A stretch of DNA of 64,000 nucleotides, taken from positions 88,120 through 152,119 of the forward strand of contig MGRM01000012.1 in the NCBI GenBank assembly GCA_001798185.1. Reading direction: 5' to 3'. A program made the position numbers and the translations under genes. The DNA is from Deltaproteobacteria bacterium RIFCSPHIGHO2_02_FULL_44_16 (GTDB lineage Bacteria > UBA10199 > 2-02-FULL-44-16). Shown here in pieces: positions 10,151 to 18,347 of this stretch (positions within the stretch are counted from its first letter, which is position 1; each line of letters begins with the position of its first letter). The notes under the pieces are model-generated. The model was not told the origin of the DNA, did not search any database, and saw only the letters and a program-made list of their open reading frames with translations.

Positions 10151-10828
10151 GAAGTTACATGGTTTAACACCTATTTCAGCAAATTCCTGTTGAAGCGATT
10201 TCACAATTTCTTGCGATGGATGAAATCGTTTCATTGCTTCAGGTAAAAAGTCGGTTGCTCGACTCATGGCAAAATACGTGATTCCTTTTTTTACGAGAGC
10301 CTCTTCAACACTTTTGCCATCATCTCTTTTCTGCATTCGATTCGTCAGTCCAATTGCCGCTACAACTTCAACCTCTACTTGAGCAAGAGATTCGAGTGTT
10401 TCAAGAAGTGAACCGCCAGTAGTCGTCACATCTTCAAGCACAATCACTTTTCCTTTTGGAACACCGATAAAATATTTATCCTGCAGCGCGCCATGTTCTT
10501 TAGGCTTCGCCCTTCCCATCGAAAGAACATATTTTCCTGGAACGCAGTCTGATTGAGCCATCGCCCATTTATAATTGGTAAGAATACCGAGCTTCGTTGC
10601 ACCTTCAGGAACTCCGTAAAATCCATCAAACTGCAGACGTTTGCTGTGAGCAAAAGCGATGACAAAATCGGTCAATTGATCCAGGAGAACAACATCATTG
10701 GAAACATTTCGCCAATTGACATACCAACACGACTGACGGCCCGACTTCAGCGTCATTGGTTTTTCGAAAAAACCGACGACATTATGGGTAAGAAGAAAAT
10801 CGTTGAAACGTTGTTGATCAAAATTCAT
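10043..10828 (-). CDS. pyrE: orotate phosphoribosyltransferase
   Basis: TLKSGRQSCWYVN and VLEDVTTTGGS PRTase motifs; start trimmed to MNFDQQ because the longer ORF reads through a family-1 repeat; the C-terminal ~35 aa are encoded by the family-2 repeat. Confidence 0.8.
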   Translation of the reverse strand: MNFDQQRFNDFLLTHNVVGFFEKPMTLKSGRQSCWYVNWRNVSNDVVLLDQLTDFVIAFAHSKRLQFDGFYGVPEGATKLGILTNYKWAMAQSDCVPGKYVLSMGRAKPKEHGALQDKYFIGVPKGKVIVLEDVTTTGGSLLETLESLAQVEVEVVAAIGLTNRMQKRDDGKSVEEALVKKGITYFAMSRATDFLPEAMKRFHPSQEIVKSLQQEFAEIGVKPCNFNIEMAAGSVCRAASSDAGNEASIPGRLKRRQKSGV

Positions 10829-10845
10829 ATTTTCTCTCACATTTT

Positions 10846-10915
10846 TGTCATCCTCGCGAAAGCGGGGATCCAGTGTTTTGGATATTTCTGGATTCCCGCT
10901 TTCGCGGGAATGACA
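10846..10915. repeat. family-1 double-hairpin element, copy b (intergenic)
   Basis: TGTCATCCTCGCGAAAGCGGGGATCC...GGATTCCCGCTTTCGCGGGAATGACA. Confidence 0.8.
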
Positions 10916-10919
10916 ACTT

Positions 10920-12782
10920 TCATAACACAAGAAGCAAAAGAGCAAGGAGAAAAATCACACCAAATCCCATACAGGACGCAATATAGATGAGTTCTGATCG
11001 ATGTCGCACGAGTTTCACATTTCCATGAAACATTTCTTTTAGGAATCTTAAAGTACGTGCGCGAAGGTTCGGTGATTCCAAAAGATCTGCAAGAAAATAA
11101 TATCCATCAAAATCAAGGAGAGGACAGAGATTCAAAAGAACAACAACATACGAAAGAGAAGCAAAGAGGAGCGCAAGAGAATCGAACATCGCATGATCGA
11201 TTACGAATGCCATGATCGAAGCAATCCCGGCTGGAATCATATGAGCATAAGGGCCTGCGAGTGTAACAGACATGCGGGGGAAACGTGATGCAGTCCACAT
11301 ATCAGAGGTATCGACAAAAAACATGGGGCCGACCCAATACCAGCCAAAACCGACTCCAAGCACGCGACGTTGAAAATGTTTTACCGTGAGCGCATGCCCT
11401 GCTTCGTGAAAAAGAATGCTCATGAAAAAGAGAGGAAGAAGCCACCATAACCAGATGGGAAAAGTCATCGCACGCTGAAATGCAGAAACAATCGAAACCT
11501 TCTGAGACGAAAAGGAGAAAAGACCGAAAAGGACAACAGAGCCAATAATGCATTGGCCTTTTTTGGAAAAGAACAAACAAGATATTTTTTGGAAGATGCC
11601 TGCAATCCATGCATCAACATCTGAAATATAGTATCTCCACTGAAGAATGCGTGAAAGAACACTGAAACATAAAACGAGACGGGAATGGAACGTATTCTTC
11701 AAGTCTCTTGTTTTCGCATTCCTCCCCTCAATCATGCCTGCAGCACCAAGGTCACTTATTTGCTGGGCAATCACATGAGGGGCAAAAGCTTTGTATTTTT
11801 CAAAATAGGATAAGGTGAGTTCTTTGAGTGTATGATCACCATCGAGAAGTTCCCACAAAAACAATCCTTCTGGTGTCAGCCGATAATAAAGATGCGCCGT
11901 TGGATCGTTCAGGATGAAAGAACGAATTCCATCTTTCGTTTCATATTCTTGAATGATAATTGTTTTGCGTCGGCATGGACGATCGCGAAGTTGCAAAAGA
12001 TCAATAAATTGGAGTCGGGCGCTCGGCTCATCGTGCAAGAACTGAAGCAATGCATCGCGCGAAATAACGAGTAGCTCTGAAGGTTCAACGGCTTTGACTG
12101 TCGCATTTCGTTTCTCTCCTGAAAGCAAAGCCGCTTCCCCGAATGTTGCTCCGGTTTCAAGAAAAGCGAGGGGCTTTTTATTTCCCACTTGATCTGAAGT
12201 TGTCACTTCAACTTTTCCCTGTCTCAACAGATAACATTCTGATCCCATTTCTCCCTCGCGAAGAAGAATTTCTCCTGACCGAACACTTTTCGACTGAAGA
12301 GATGTTGCAAATTTTTTGAGTCGATCAGCCGAAAGTGAAGAAAAAGGAGAGAGTTGTTTCAGAAATGAGGCTCGAAGCAATATTTCGGCCGTCTCTTCAA
12401 AAAGTTTTTTTGCATCTGGCGACTCATCAAGAGCGGCAAGAAAATCCTCACGAGAAAGTGAAAGTGCATGAAGTGTGGTAAGAGCAAATACCGAAGCGGT
12501 CCGTTTTTGATGTTTTGAAAGAAGCGCAATCTCGCCAAAATATTCTCCTGGACCAAGTGTTGCCATGACGACTGGTCCTGAGGAAGATGAAACAGCAACT
12601 TCGGCTCTCCCCTGAAGGATCAGGAAAAAGCGCTCCCCTTCTCCTCCTTCAGCGACAATCTTCACTCCGGAAGAAAAAACCTCTTCCCGAAAATGTTCTG
12701 AAAAAAAAGAAAGCGCCTTGTCGGAAAATAAAGCAAACAAGGACGCTTTCTTGAGCAACCTGACGTAATCTTTGGATGTCAT
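10920..12782 (-). CDS. membrane protein with tandem cyclic-nucleotide-binding domains fused to a site-2-protease-like M50 metalloprotease domain
   Basis: two CAP_ED-like segments (FFLILQGRAEV..GEYFGEIALL and YLLRQGKVEV..GATFGEAALLSGEKRNATVKA); C-terminal hydrophobic helices with HEAGHAL (HExxH) and LLDFDG motifs. Confidence 0.7.
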   Translation of the reverse strand: MTSKDYVRLLKKASLFALFSDKALSFFSEHFREEVFSSGVKIVAEGGEGERFFLILQGRAEVAVSSSSGPVVMATLGPGEYFGEIALLSKHQKRTASVFALTTLHALSLSREDFLAALDESPDAKKLFEETAEILLRASFLKQLSPFSSLSADRLKKFATSLQSKSVRSGEILLREGEMGSECYLLRQGKVEVTTSDQVGNKKPLAFLETGATFGEAALLSGEKRNATVKAVEPSELLVISRDALLQFLHDEPSARLQFIDLLQLRDRPCRRKTIIIQEYETKDGIRSFILNDPTAHLYYRLTPEGLFLWELLDGDHTLKELTLSYFEKYKAFAPHVIAQQISDLGAAGMIEGRNAKTRDLKNTFHSRLVLCFSVLSRILQWRYYISDVDAWIAGIFQKISCLFFSKKGQCIIGSVVLFGLFSFSSQKVSIVSAFQRAMTFPIWLWWLLPLFFMSILFHEAGHALTVKHFQRRVLGVGFGWYWVGPMFFVDTSDMWTASRFPRMSVTLAGPYAHMIPAGIASIMAFVIDHAMFDSLALLFASLSYVVVLLNLCPLLDFDGYYFLADLLESPNLRARTLRFLKEMFHGNVKLVRHRSELIYIASCMGFGVIFLLALLLLVL

Positions 12783-12792
12783 TTTATATTGA

Positions 12793-12993
12793 TTACATCC
12801 CCTTATTCATTTTTGCTGTAAGCTGTTGATCATTTAATTTCCAGTCGATCTTGCGAAATGCATTTGTTTCTTCTGCCGTTAGCTTCACACCAGTTGATTG
12901 CAATGTTCCTATCGGGTTCTTTCGCATCTTCGTTCTAAAACCAATGTCATTCGCCCACTTCTCAACTAACATTTCAATCTCTTTGCGTGCCAT
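12793..12993 (-). CDS. small paralogous peptide 1 (66 aa), NHLP/Nif11-leader-like
   Basis: MARKEIEMLVEKWANDIGFRTKMRKNPIGTLQSTGVKLTAEE...; AGGAGG RBS 6 nt upstream of the ATG; trimmed from the longer ORF. Confidence 0.6.
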   Translation of the reverse strand: MARKEIEMLVEKWANDIGFRTKMRKNPIGTLQSTGVKLTAEETNAFRKIDWKLNDQQLTAKMNKGM

Positions 12994-13006
12994 TCTTCCT
13001 CCTTGT

Positions 13007-13210
13007 TTAAGCAAGCCATTTACTGACACGTGATTGCAATTCTTGATCACTCAACTTCCAATCAATGTTTTTAAAAGCATTCATTTCTTCTGGTGTCAGC
13101 TTCACTCCTGTTGATGTAAGCGTTGCCATCGGATCTTTTCGCATCTTGGTTCTGAAACCAGCATCACTTGTCCATTTTTCGACTAACATTTCAATTTCCT
13201 TGCGCACCAT
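13007..13210 (-). CDS. small paralogous peptide 2 (67 aa)
   Basis: MVRKEIEMLVEKWTSDAGFRTKMRKDPMATLTSTGVKLTPEE...; own RBS. Confidence 0.6.
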   Translation of the reverse strand: MVRKEIEMLVEKWTSDAGFRTKMRKDPMATLTSTGVKLTPEEMNAFKNIDWKLSDQELQSRVSKWLA

Positions 13211-13240
13211 ATAACCTCCCTATGATTTTCGTTCTCATGA

Positions 13241-13438
13241 CTAATACTTATTTATCCTTGCCTTAAGTTCTTCGTCATTTAAACTCCAGTCAATTTTGCG
13301 AAATGCACCCATTTCTTCGTTTGTTAGTTTCACTCCTGTCGATGTGATCGTTCCCATTGGATCTTTGCGCATCTTTGTTCGGAATCCCATATCATTCGTC
13401 CATTTCTCAACCAATCCTTCAATCTCCTTGCGCACCAT
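13241..13438 (-). CDS. small paralogous peptide 3 (65 aa)
   Basis: MVRKEIEGLVEKWTNDMGFRTKMRKDPMGTITSTGVKLTNEE...; AGGAGG RBS. Confidence 0.6.
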   Translation of the reverse strand: MVRKEIEGLVEKWTNDMGFRTKMRKDPMGTITSTGVKLTNEEMGAFRKIDWSLNDEELKARINKY

Positions 13439-13453
13439 ATATCCTCCTTTTGA

Positions 13454-13654
13454 TCAAGGTATCTTAGAAACTCTGGTTTTTAGTTCCTCATCACTTAGTT
13501 TCCAATCAATCTTGCGGAACACTGACATTTCTTCGGGGGTAAGTTTCACTCCCGTTGTTTGCAACGTGTCCTCAGGATTCTGCCGCATGTTCTTGCGAAA
13601 CATCTGGTCGTTCATCCACTTGTCGAACAACATGTCGATTTCTTTTTTTCCCAT
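13454..13654 (-). CDS. small paralogous peptide 4 (66 aa)
   Basis: MGKKEIDMLFDKWMNDQMFRKNMRQNPEDTLQTTGVKLTPEE...; GGAGGAGG RBS; trimmed from the longer ORF. Confidence 0.6.
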   Translation of the reverse strand: MGKKEIDMLFDKWMNDQMFRKNMRQNPEDTLQTTGVKLTPEEMSVFRKIDWKLSDEELKTRVSKIP

Positions 13655-14621
13655 CGTCCTCCTCCTTTGAAAAAAATGAAGCGTTGCGAATAAGCTTCTG
13701 CAGCACTTTTGCTGCAGGCTCAAAAGGTCGCGCTTCCATAAGCGCAGAACGTGCTTTCTCGCAATAAATTTCAGTCACAATCGCTGTCATCCACTTTGCT
13801 CCTGTTGCACTCAGCTGTGTTTGAATTGCACGTCGACTTTTGAGAGAAGATTTTGCATCTTGAAGCGACGTCAAAAAAATTTGCTTTTCCACTCCCTTCA
13901 AACGCTCGAGACAAAAAGCGATTGGAAAGGTTCTCGTGCCATTGGAGATATCCTTACTCTGTTGAGATTCAAAAAGATCATAACAATCTGACGAAAGTTG
14001 ACCCGCAACACCAAGAGCCCTGGCGTATGCCATATAATGTTCAACACATTCTGGATGAGCATTTGCCGTATGTGCTGCAAGGGCTGCAAACATCGCTAAT
14101 TCCTCGCCACTCTTTTTCATGACACTTAACTCAACTGCGTTCGTCGATACTTTACTCTTGTTCACAGATGCAATGTCTTGTTGCTGTCCATCGCTCATGA
14201 TGAGGAGCCCACGCGCAATCGTTTCATGCATGAGATTTTTCTGCTCATGCGAAAGAGAGAGTTTTGCAAGAAGAAGGTGAGGAAACGTGCTGACAAGTGT
14301 TGTTCCTAATATCAATCCTTCTTGAGGAGTTAATTTTCCCTCGTGTTGCAAATCTCCATCCGCAAGATCATCGAGGATATCGATTCCCAAATAGAGTATT
14401 GACGTGAGAACTGGAAGCAAGATGGGAACTTTTTTTGCGGTAATCCCCTCATAGACAGCCGATGGAAGCGAAATAAAGAAAAGTTCACTCTCTTCCGAAA
14501 CGTAGGTTTGAAGACGTTCAACAGCATATGCAAAAAGCCGTCGCTGTTCAGAAGATTGCGACCAGGAAGAGAGTTCATCTTGAAGACGTGACAGAACTTC
14601 AGATGTTTCCGAAGACTTCAA
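13572..14621 (-). CDS. trans-isoprenyl diphosphate synthase-like (polyprenyl synthetase fold) protein
   Basis: first Asp-rich motif DILDDLADGD at the expected position; second motif degenerate (GQLSSDCYDLFE); the 3' end overlaps peptide 4 by about 80 nt in another frame. Confidence 0.55.
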   Translation of the reverse strand: MKSSETSEVLSRLQDELSSWSQSSEQRRLFAYAVERLQTYVSEESELFFISLPSAVYEGITAKKVPILLPVLTSILYLGIDILDDLADGDLQHEGKLTPQEGLILGTTLVSTFPHLLLAKLSLSHEQKNLMHETIARGLLIMSDGQQQDIASVNKSKVSTNAVELSVMKKSGEELAMFAALAAHTANAHPECVEHYMAYARALGVAGQLSSDCYDLFESQQSKDISNGTRTFPIAFCLERLKGVEKQIFLTSLQDAKSSLKSRRAIQTQLSATGAKWMTAIVTEIYCEKARSALMEARPFEPAAKVLQKLIRNASFFSKEEDDGKKRNRHVVRQVDERPDVSQEHAAES

Positions 14622-15899
14622 TCACTTTCCTCCCGTTGTTGTTTTCAAAATTGCACCCGTATTTGTCGCTGTATTTCCGCAAGCTGCGTATCCAACAAGA
14701 TCACTCACCATTTCGATTTTTTGCACAATGTAGGTTGTATTGCTCGTTTGAGCCGTCCATGTTGTGCCAGAGTTTTCAGAATAAAGAATGGTTCCATTGA
14801 ATCCACCAGCCCAAATCTTCTCACTACGAACATCCAGCGCAGAAATATCTTCGGTCGTTCCTGTTGTCAGCACGGTCCAGGTGGCAGCAGCATCTGTCGT
14901 TTTTGCAATGAGTCCACCCTCTCCTCCGATATAGCACGTATTCACATCTGAACAGGAAACTTCATGCAGATCACAACTATCGGGATCTGAATTGGGACAG
15001 GTGAACGTACTTGAAATATTTGTCCACGTTGTTCCTCCATCAGTCGTTTCAAGAATTGCCGCGCGATTTCCGACAGCATAGCCATTTGAGGTATCGGCAA
15101 AAAAGATACGATTGATTTCGTCATTTGTTCCTGTTGTTTGAGTATCATAGACTGTCGTCCATGTGCTTCCACTATTGGTGGTTTTCAGAATAAAACTGAC
15201 ATTGCCACTATAACCTCCGGCAGCATAACCGGTATTTTCATCGAAAAAGAAAAGAGAATTCACACGATCAAGTGTTGTTAAACTTCGATTGGGAAATGCA
15301 GTCACCGTATTGAATTGAGAACTCCAACTCGTGCCACCGGTTGTCGTGACCCAGATCGATGCTCCTAAATTAACGGAATCCTGTCCGCCAATCCAGACAT
15401 GTGTGGTAGTAACAGGAGCAACTGCCCGGAGCCGTGAAGCAGAGAGTGTTGAAAAATCGAGACGAGTTGAAGTAGTGCCACTATCAGTTGATTTGAGCAC
15501 TTCGCCCAAACTTCCAACTGCCCAACCATTCGTCGTATCGGAATCGACAATCGCAATATCAAAATCACCAGAAGATGATCCTTGCGTCACTCCACCTGTT
15601 GCAATGAGACCACTTTGATCGGTGCCGATAAAATCGGTCCCGTCAATGACCGTACCACTGGATGTCACTACATCCCAAGCAGAGGCTGTACTCGTTGTCG
15701 TAGAACTCGTGCTTGTTGTTGAACTTGAGCCGCAGGCGAAAATGAAAAAACAGATAGAAAAAAGAAGACAAGATCGAACAACTGGCATCATCCCCCCTGC
15801 TGTTGTTTTTATGTGTTTAGCTCTTTTTGGTAGAGATGACAAGGTTTTCGTACCCGTTGTCATTCTGAACGGAGTGAAGAATCTCGTTGAGATCTTCAT
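14622..15899 (-). CDS. secreted BNR/Asp-box repeat beta-propeller protein (Ycf48-like)
   Basis: signal peptide, Ser/Thr-rich linker, at least 5 SxDxGxTW-type repeats (TDGGTTWTN, TNSGSTWTT, TTGGTSWSS, ENSGTTWTA). Confidence 0.6.
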   Translation of the reverse strand: MKISTRFFTPFRMTTGTKTLSSLPKRAKHIKTTAGGMMPVVRSCLLFSICFFIFACGSSSTTSTSSTTTSTASAWDVVTSSGTVIDGTDFIGTDQSGLIATGGVTQGSSSGDFDIAIVDSDTTNGWAVGSLGEVLKSTDSGTTSTRLDFSTLSASRLRAVAPVTTTHVWIGGQDSVNLGASIWVTTTGGTSWSSQFNTVTAFPNRSLTTLDRVNSLFFFDENTGYAAGGYSGNVSFILKTTNSGSTWTTVYDTQTTGTNDEINRIFFADTSNGYAVGNRAAILETTDGGTTWTNISSTFTCPNSDPDSCDLHEVSCSDVNTCYIGGEGGLIAKTTDAAATWTVLTTGTTEDISALDVRSEKIWAGGFNGTILYSENSGTTWTAQTSNTTYIVQKIEMVSDLVGYAACGNTATNTGAILKTTTGGK

Positions 15900-15965
15900 G
15901 GGATCCTTCCCCGCTAAGAATCGTGGCGGGTCAGGATGACATCAAGAATGATTTTGCAACAGAAC

Positions 15966-17126
15966 CTAGATTCGATTCTCTTTTGTCTCTTCAATCAATT
16001 TTCCTAAAAACTTCTCATAGTCCGTGCCACCAGTGGCAATAGGACCGCGACCTTTCTTTTTGATGTACTGAATCGCTGCTTCCAGATGCAACATTCGAAA
16101 TGCGGCAAGAGCGTCATGAGCTTCGTTAAAAGCTTTCCGAATATTTGCGTCAGTTTTATTTTTTGTGGCATAGGCGCGTAGTGAAGGACCAGCTTCGATC
16201 GCGAGAATCCATTCACGTTCGCGTGGAGCACGATAATCTTTGAGCTCTGTTAAGTGATCAATCAACTCACTCGGCTGATGATGTACGCCGAGCACACAAT
16301 CAAATGAAATAATAGACGGCGACTCAGCGCCTGTCTCCCCCTTCAATCGTTCAAAATGTCCAACACCTTCATAGGTAATATCTTGAAAGTAAAAGATCCA
16401 AGGACGAACATGTTTGAAATAGACTTCAGGACTACAGACACTCGGAATGGTTTTGAATGTCTCTCCCATATCGAGCAATGCATGGTGCATGCTGTTCAAA
16501 GCATTGATAAAACCCTCTTTGTTCTCATTTACCACCGCAAGTTGCGCTGCCGGAATTGCACGGAGCCCAGGCGCGGCTTTGGCCTCGATTTCAACGTGCG
16601 GCAAGATGAAACCATATTCGTCACGCGTATAAGGTGGAATCGTAAAATGTTGAATGAGTTTTAAATTCTCAAAACGGATCGGTTTTTTTTGATCAACACG
16701 AGTCCAATTCTGCGTTGCATACATATTGTAAGCAAGAATTGGTTGCATATTGAGTTTCTTGCCAAGCTTTACAAAAGGAATTGCAAGTCCTTGCGGCATA
16801 TTTTTCGCATGTGGAGCATCGATGTCATTGACACAATCAGCCCAAGCATACGCACTCGTAAGAAAACAGAGGTGACGAAATGCCACAAGCGCTGCTTCAT
16901 GATTCATTTTTTCAACTGGCAACACCGGGATTTTTTCAAGCTTCGCACGAATCGTCCCATCATAGAGCATCTGCGGAAGTTCAGCCGCAAGGTCATCATA
17001 AAGCGCAAACTCTTCGTTGCCTTTCGGAAGTTTTGGAAGTGGGTCTGGGTACGGTAGAAATCCTCGATCTTCACGAACAAGATCGTTGTCGATAAATTGA
17101 AGTGCTGGAACTTGCTGTGTCATCAC
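15966..17126 (-). CDS. indoleamine 2,3-dioxygenase family protein (heme dioxygenase)
   Basis: C-terminal GPIATGGTDYEKFLGKLIEETKE parallels eukaryotic IDO ...[20 protein letters not shown]; the central YEGVGHFERLKGETGAESPSIISFDCVLGV parallels IDO ...[31 protein letters not shown]. Confidence 0.7.
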   Translation of the reverse strand: MMTQQVPALQFIDNDLVREDRGFLPYPDPLPKLPKGNEEFALYDDLAAELPQMLYDGTIRAKLEKIPVLPVEKMNHEAALVAFRHLCFLTSAYAWADCVNDIDAPHAKNMPQGLAIPFVKLGKKLNMQPILAYNMYATQNWTRVDQKKPIRFENLKLIQHFTIPPYTRDEYGFILPHVEIEAKAAPGLRAIPAAQLAVVNENKEGFINALNSMHHALLDMGETFKTIPSVCSPEVYFKHVRPWIFYFQDITYEGVGHFERLKGETGAESPSIISFDCVLGVHHQPSELIDHLTELKDYRAPREREWILAIEAGPSLRAYATKNKTDANIRKAFNEAHDALAAFRMLHLEAAIQYIKKKGRGPIATGGTDYEKFLGKLIEETKENRI

Positions 17127-17198
17127 ACCCTCCTTTTGATAAAGTGAAAGACTCTATGCCAAAGGAAGGAGAAAAGGTCCAGTATTGAGATTGATTTT

Positions 17199-17897
17199 TT
17201 AGGGCATCACAAACGTTTCGAAGCTTAACCAAAAAAGTGGCTCTTGCGAAAGAGCCTTGGCAAACGATTGGTTCTGAACTGCAATATCGCGGTCATTGCC
17301 AGAGACATAAGCGGTGGTAGGAGAAAGAAACTTGCGAAACGTGTTGGTTCTTGAAACTACATGATCTCTATAATTCTCAAACTCTTCTTCAGGTTGCTGT
17401 AATACTTCTTTTGAAAGCGAAGCTTTGTAAATGCCAGTTCCTGTCACGATACGATGATCAAAGGTAACGTTAAAACCCACTTCAGAAATAATTCTCGCAT
17501 CGTCAAAGGCTTGATTGACGTCCTCTGGAGATGGTGTTTCAACTTTAGCTCTTGAAGCAAGAGAAACCGATTTTTGAGGATGAATATGATAAACAGAAAT
17601 TTGTGTCTCGAAGCCATCTTGAAACAAAAGCAAAATATCTAATAGTATTTCGTTTTCATATTCTGCCCTTGTTTTTCTTTCTTCGGTTCCGATTTCATAC
17701 CAATTTGTAACTTTTTGACCAACAGCATTTGTCCCTTCAATATAGATCCATATCTCTTCCACCTCACTTGAACGCGCAAGCGCCACAAGCTGCTCTTCTC
17801 CGGCACGACGGTTCATCGCCACGACCTCGTGCTCGGAGGACGTATTGACACGAAGTGCTGTTTTTACGAGATATTGTGAGACACTTGGGGTTGACAC
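17199..17897 (-). CDS. hypothetical protein (232 aa), same orientation as the IDO gene
   Basis: ORF only; weak HIHP...SPED pattern of unclear meaning. Confidence 0.35.
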   Translation of the reverse strand: MSTPSVSQYLVKTALRVNTSSEHEVVAMNRRAGEEQLVALARSSEVEEIWIYIEGTNAVGQKVTNWYEIGTEERKTRAEYENEILLDILLLFQDGFETQISVYHIHPQKSVSLASRAKVETPSPEDVNQAFDDARIISEVGFNVTFDHRIVTGTGIYKASLSKEVLQQPEEEFENYRDHVVSRTNTFRKFLSPTTAYVSGNDRDIAVQNQSFAKALSQEPLFWLSFETFVMP

Positions 17898-17982
17898 AGC
17901 GCACGCTCCTCACCGTTATTATCGGCTCAGAGCATGCTCATGTTGTGCACTTGGCACAAAAAAAACATCATTTTATTTCTTG

Positions 17983-18069
17983 TGCCCGGGGCCGGACTCG
18001 AACCGGCAAGGGGATATACTCCCCGAAGGATTTTAAGTCCTTTGCGTTTACCGATTTCGCCACCCGGGC
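17983..18069 (-). tRNA. tRNA-Leu (anticodon TAA)
   Basis: cloverleaf by eye on the reverse complement: GCCCGGG acceptor stem, GGTTCGAGTCC T-arm, anticodon loop CTTAAAA, long variable arm. Confidence 0.8.
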
Positions 18070-18187
18070 ATACGAAATTTCCAACAATCAGCCATATCAA
18101 AAAAAACTCGATGGGGATTCTTAAGGGGAGAGCAATATCTCCCCTTAAGGTAAAGCGATTGCGAATTTACTTCGCAATCGCGAATTG

Positions 18188-18259
18188 AGGCGGCGACCGG
18201 GTTCGAACCGGTGAATAACGGTTTTGCAGACCGTCGCCTTACCACTTGGCTACGCCGCC
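18188..18259 (-). tRNA. tRNA-Cys (anticodon GCA)
   Basis: reverse complement GGCGGCGTAGCCAAGTGGTAAGGCGACGGTCTGCAAAACCGT...GGTTCGAACCCGGTCGCCGCC; anticodon loop CTGCAAA. Confidence 0.8.
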
Positions 18260-18347
18260 GAATAATTTTGAGGGACTACCATTCACATTCACTTCGGTCA
18301 AGAAAACGCTTGAATGTCGATATCCAGGCATGATACGAATAGCACCT

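Noticed and set aside
9964-10152. Small ORFs 9964-10152 and 55376-55561 encoding similar ~60-aa peptides (..QIFACASAC.VLRLRF..)
   Set aside because: The conservation is at the nucleotide level of the family-2 repeat, and the peptides are by-products of repeat translation. The same applies to the [16 protein letters not shown] ORFs over family-1 copies (3583-4035, 30316-30597, 55709-55912).
6694-10945. Longest-ORF starts for apbE2 (6694), pyrE (10945), comM (22528), purE (34021), trxB (21763), dksA (30825) and mlaF (42637)
   Set aside because: The N-terminal extensions read through repeats or upstream genes. Starts were moved to internal Met codons that fit family N-termini, signal peptides or ATGA overlaps.
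12851-13670. Plus-strand ORFs 12851-13033 and 13296-13670
   Set aside because: They are antisense to the four highly conserved peptide genes, which have canonical RBSs. They are shadow ORFs.
15680-15760. Ser/Thr-rich stretch in the BNR protein as a DNA repeat
   Set aside because: It is a low-complexity protein linker, not a nucleotide tandem repeat or mobile element.
17199-17897. JAMM/MPN metalloprotease call for the 232-aa protein
   Set aside because: The HIHP...SPED spacing does not fit the canonical HxHx7Sx2D signature. It is left as a hypothetical protein.
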